Positions 31,498 to 32,000 of a stretch of DNA of 32,000 nucleotides are shown here, one piece after another. The stretch's first letter is position 1. Every line of letters begins with the position of its first letter. The position numbers were made by a program, and so were the translations under genes. A model generated the notes under the pieces. It was given only the letters and a program-made list of their open reading frames with translations. It did no database searches and was not told the origin of the DNA. This DNA is from Candidatus Saccharimonadota bacterium (lineage in GTDB: Bacteria > Patescibacteriota > Microgenomatia > UBA1406 > GWC2-37-13). The DNA lies in the NCBI GenBank assembly GCA_001790095.1, contig MGBH01000001.1, positions 120,001 through 152,000 on the forward strand, read 5' to 3'.

Positions 31498-31664
31498 AAT
31501 ATCATTGTAACATACGATAAAAGCTGAAATCCTAAATTATAAATCATAAATTCCAAACAAATTACAATACTAAAAAAACAATCGTTTGGAACATTGGATT
31601 TGGAGCTTGTTTGAGATTTGTTATTTGTAATTTTTCCTTTCAATTTTTTTGATATTATTACTAT

Positions 31665-32000
31665 ATGACTCTTACCGAGGTATCTTATTTCAGTCGTAAA
31701 TTTGCCCCTTTTATCATTCTTATCTTTGTGGTATTTCTTATCATGTTTTACTCGGTTAAATTTTTTTTTCTTTATTCAGAACTTAACAAATCAAAAATCG
31801 TTGAGTTAAATCCCATCTTCAAAGAATTAAAACCGCTTGAGATCTCTGAAGCGACAAATAGCGCAGGTCACACTTACGTGTTTGATACTATCGAGGGTGA
31901 GCCGGTGACTGCGACCGAAACCGCTAAAATATTCTTTTTCCCCAAGAGCCAGTTTAGATTTGGGTATAAAGAAAAAATGTATCTGATGGCAAAAAGTTTG
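31665..32000 (+). CDS. partial CDS, membrane-anchored hypothetical protein (continues past the window end)
   Basis: ATG at 31665, open through 32000 (112 codons by hand). TM helix FAPFIILIFVVFLIMFY. Not in the ORF track because no stop is reached. Confidence 0.5.
   Translation, partial: MTLTEVSYFSRKFAPFIILIFVVFLIMFYSVKFFFLYSELNKSKIVELNPIFKELKPLEISEATNSAGHTYVFDTIEGEPVTATETAKIFFFPKSQFRFGYKEKMYLMAKSL

Noticed and set aside
1584-31643. Many track ORFs of 60-116 aa lying antisense to, or nested within, longer well-supported genes. These are 1584..1790, 1847..2095, 2448..2639, 4655..4930, 5786..5971, 5959..6243, 8408..8602, 8565..8774, 9461..9649, 9686..10003, 10648..10845, 11062..11340, 11576..11806, 12238..12435, 13660..13869, 13878..14060, 14721..14942, 16337..16594, 18904..19143, 19616..19825, 20923..21264, 21273..21473, 24469..24717, 26901..27089, 27093..27413, 27298..27600, 28079..28294, 28325..28675, 28584..28766, 29069..29251, 29651..29890, 30371..30634 and 31440..31643.
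   Set aside because: Each overlaps a longer ORF with recognisable domains or operon coupling. They lack SD sequences and have low-complexity or shadow-frame composition typical of AT-rich DNA.

Overview
AT-rich (about one third GC by eye, not computed), densely coding bacterial DNA with short intergenic gaps and many 4-nt ATGA start/stop overlaps. Gene content suggests an anaerobic, small-genome organism, possibly Patescibacteria/CPR-like; that placement is inference only.

Layout:
- 1-4.2 kb: DUF2177 membrane protein, a T4 endonuclease V-like glycosylase, and a MacAB-type ABC exporter operon (anchor protein, HlyD adaptor, ATPase, FtsX permease).
- 4.3-10.9 kb: a secreted Q-rich protein, then two back-to-back thiol/disulfide membrane modules around one divergent promoter. 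Leftward: DUF5320, DUF134, Trx-fold/CcdA-like fusion, YibE/F. Rightward: ArsR/SmtB, redox-active disulfide protein 2, ArsP-like permease, anchored CxxC protein, CcdA-like protein.
- 11-18.4 kb: a CBS protein with an HPF/RaiA-like tail, small membrane proteins, Crp/Fnr, TrmB, a PEP-utilising swivel-domain protein, an alpha/beta hydrolase, and a 2-hydroxyacid dehydrogenase homologue lacking the catalytic Arg/His.
- 18.5-26.4 kb: an accessory-looking island ending at a tRNA-Tyr gene. It holds a bPH-like protein, CsbD-like and lmo0937-like micro-ORFs, a compositionally foreign 430-aa orphan with a leaderless-type promoter, a HerA/VirD4-like ATPase with Walker A Lys replaced by Ile, second copies of the PEP-swivel and Crp genes, a HAD hydrolase, and a GIY-YIG gene.
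- 26.4-31.5 kb: a hydrogenase maturation operon (HypC, DMT transporter, HypC-like fusion protein, endopeptidase) convergent with a two-gene [NiFe]-hydrogenase.

The most unusual signal is in the island. A same-orientation 57-nt repeat family resembles the 3' half of tRNA-Tyr and sits at the 3' end of successive genes. There is also a near-exact duplicate of the tRNA 3' end 1.75 kb away, and a duplicate of the tRNA 5' end bracketing the GIY-YIG gene. No integrase, CRISPR array or rRNA is visible.
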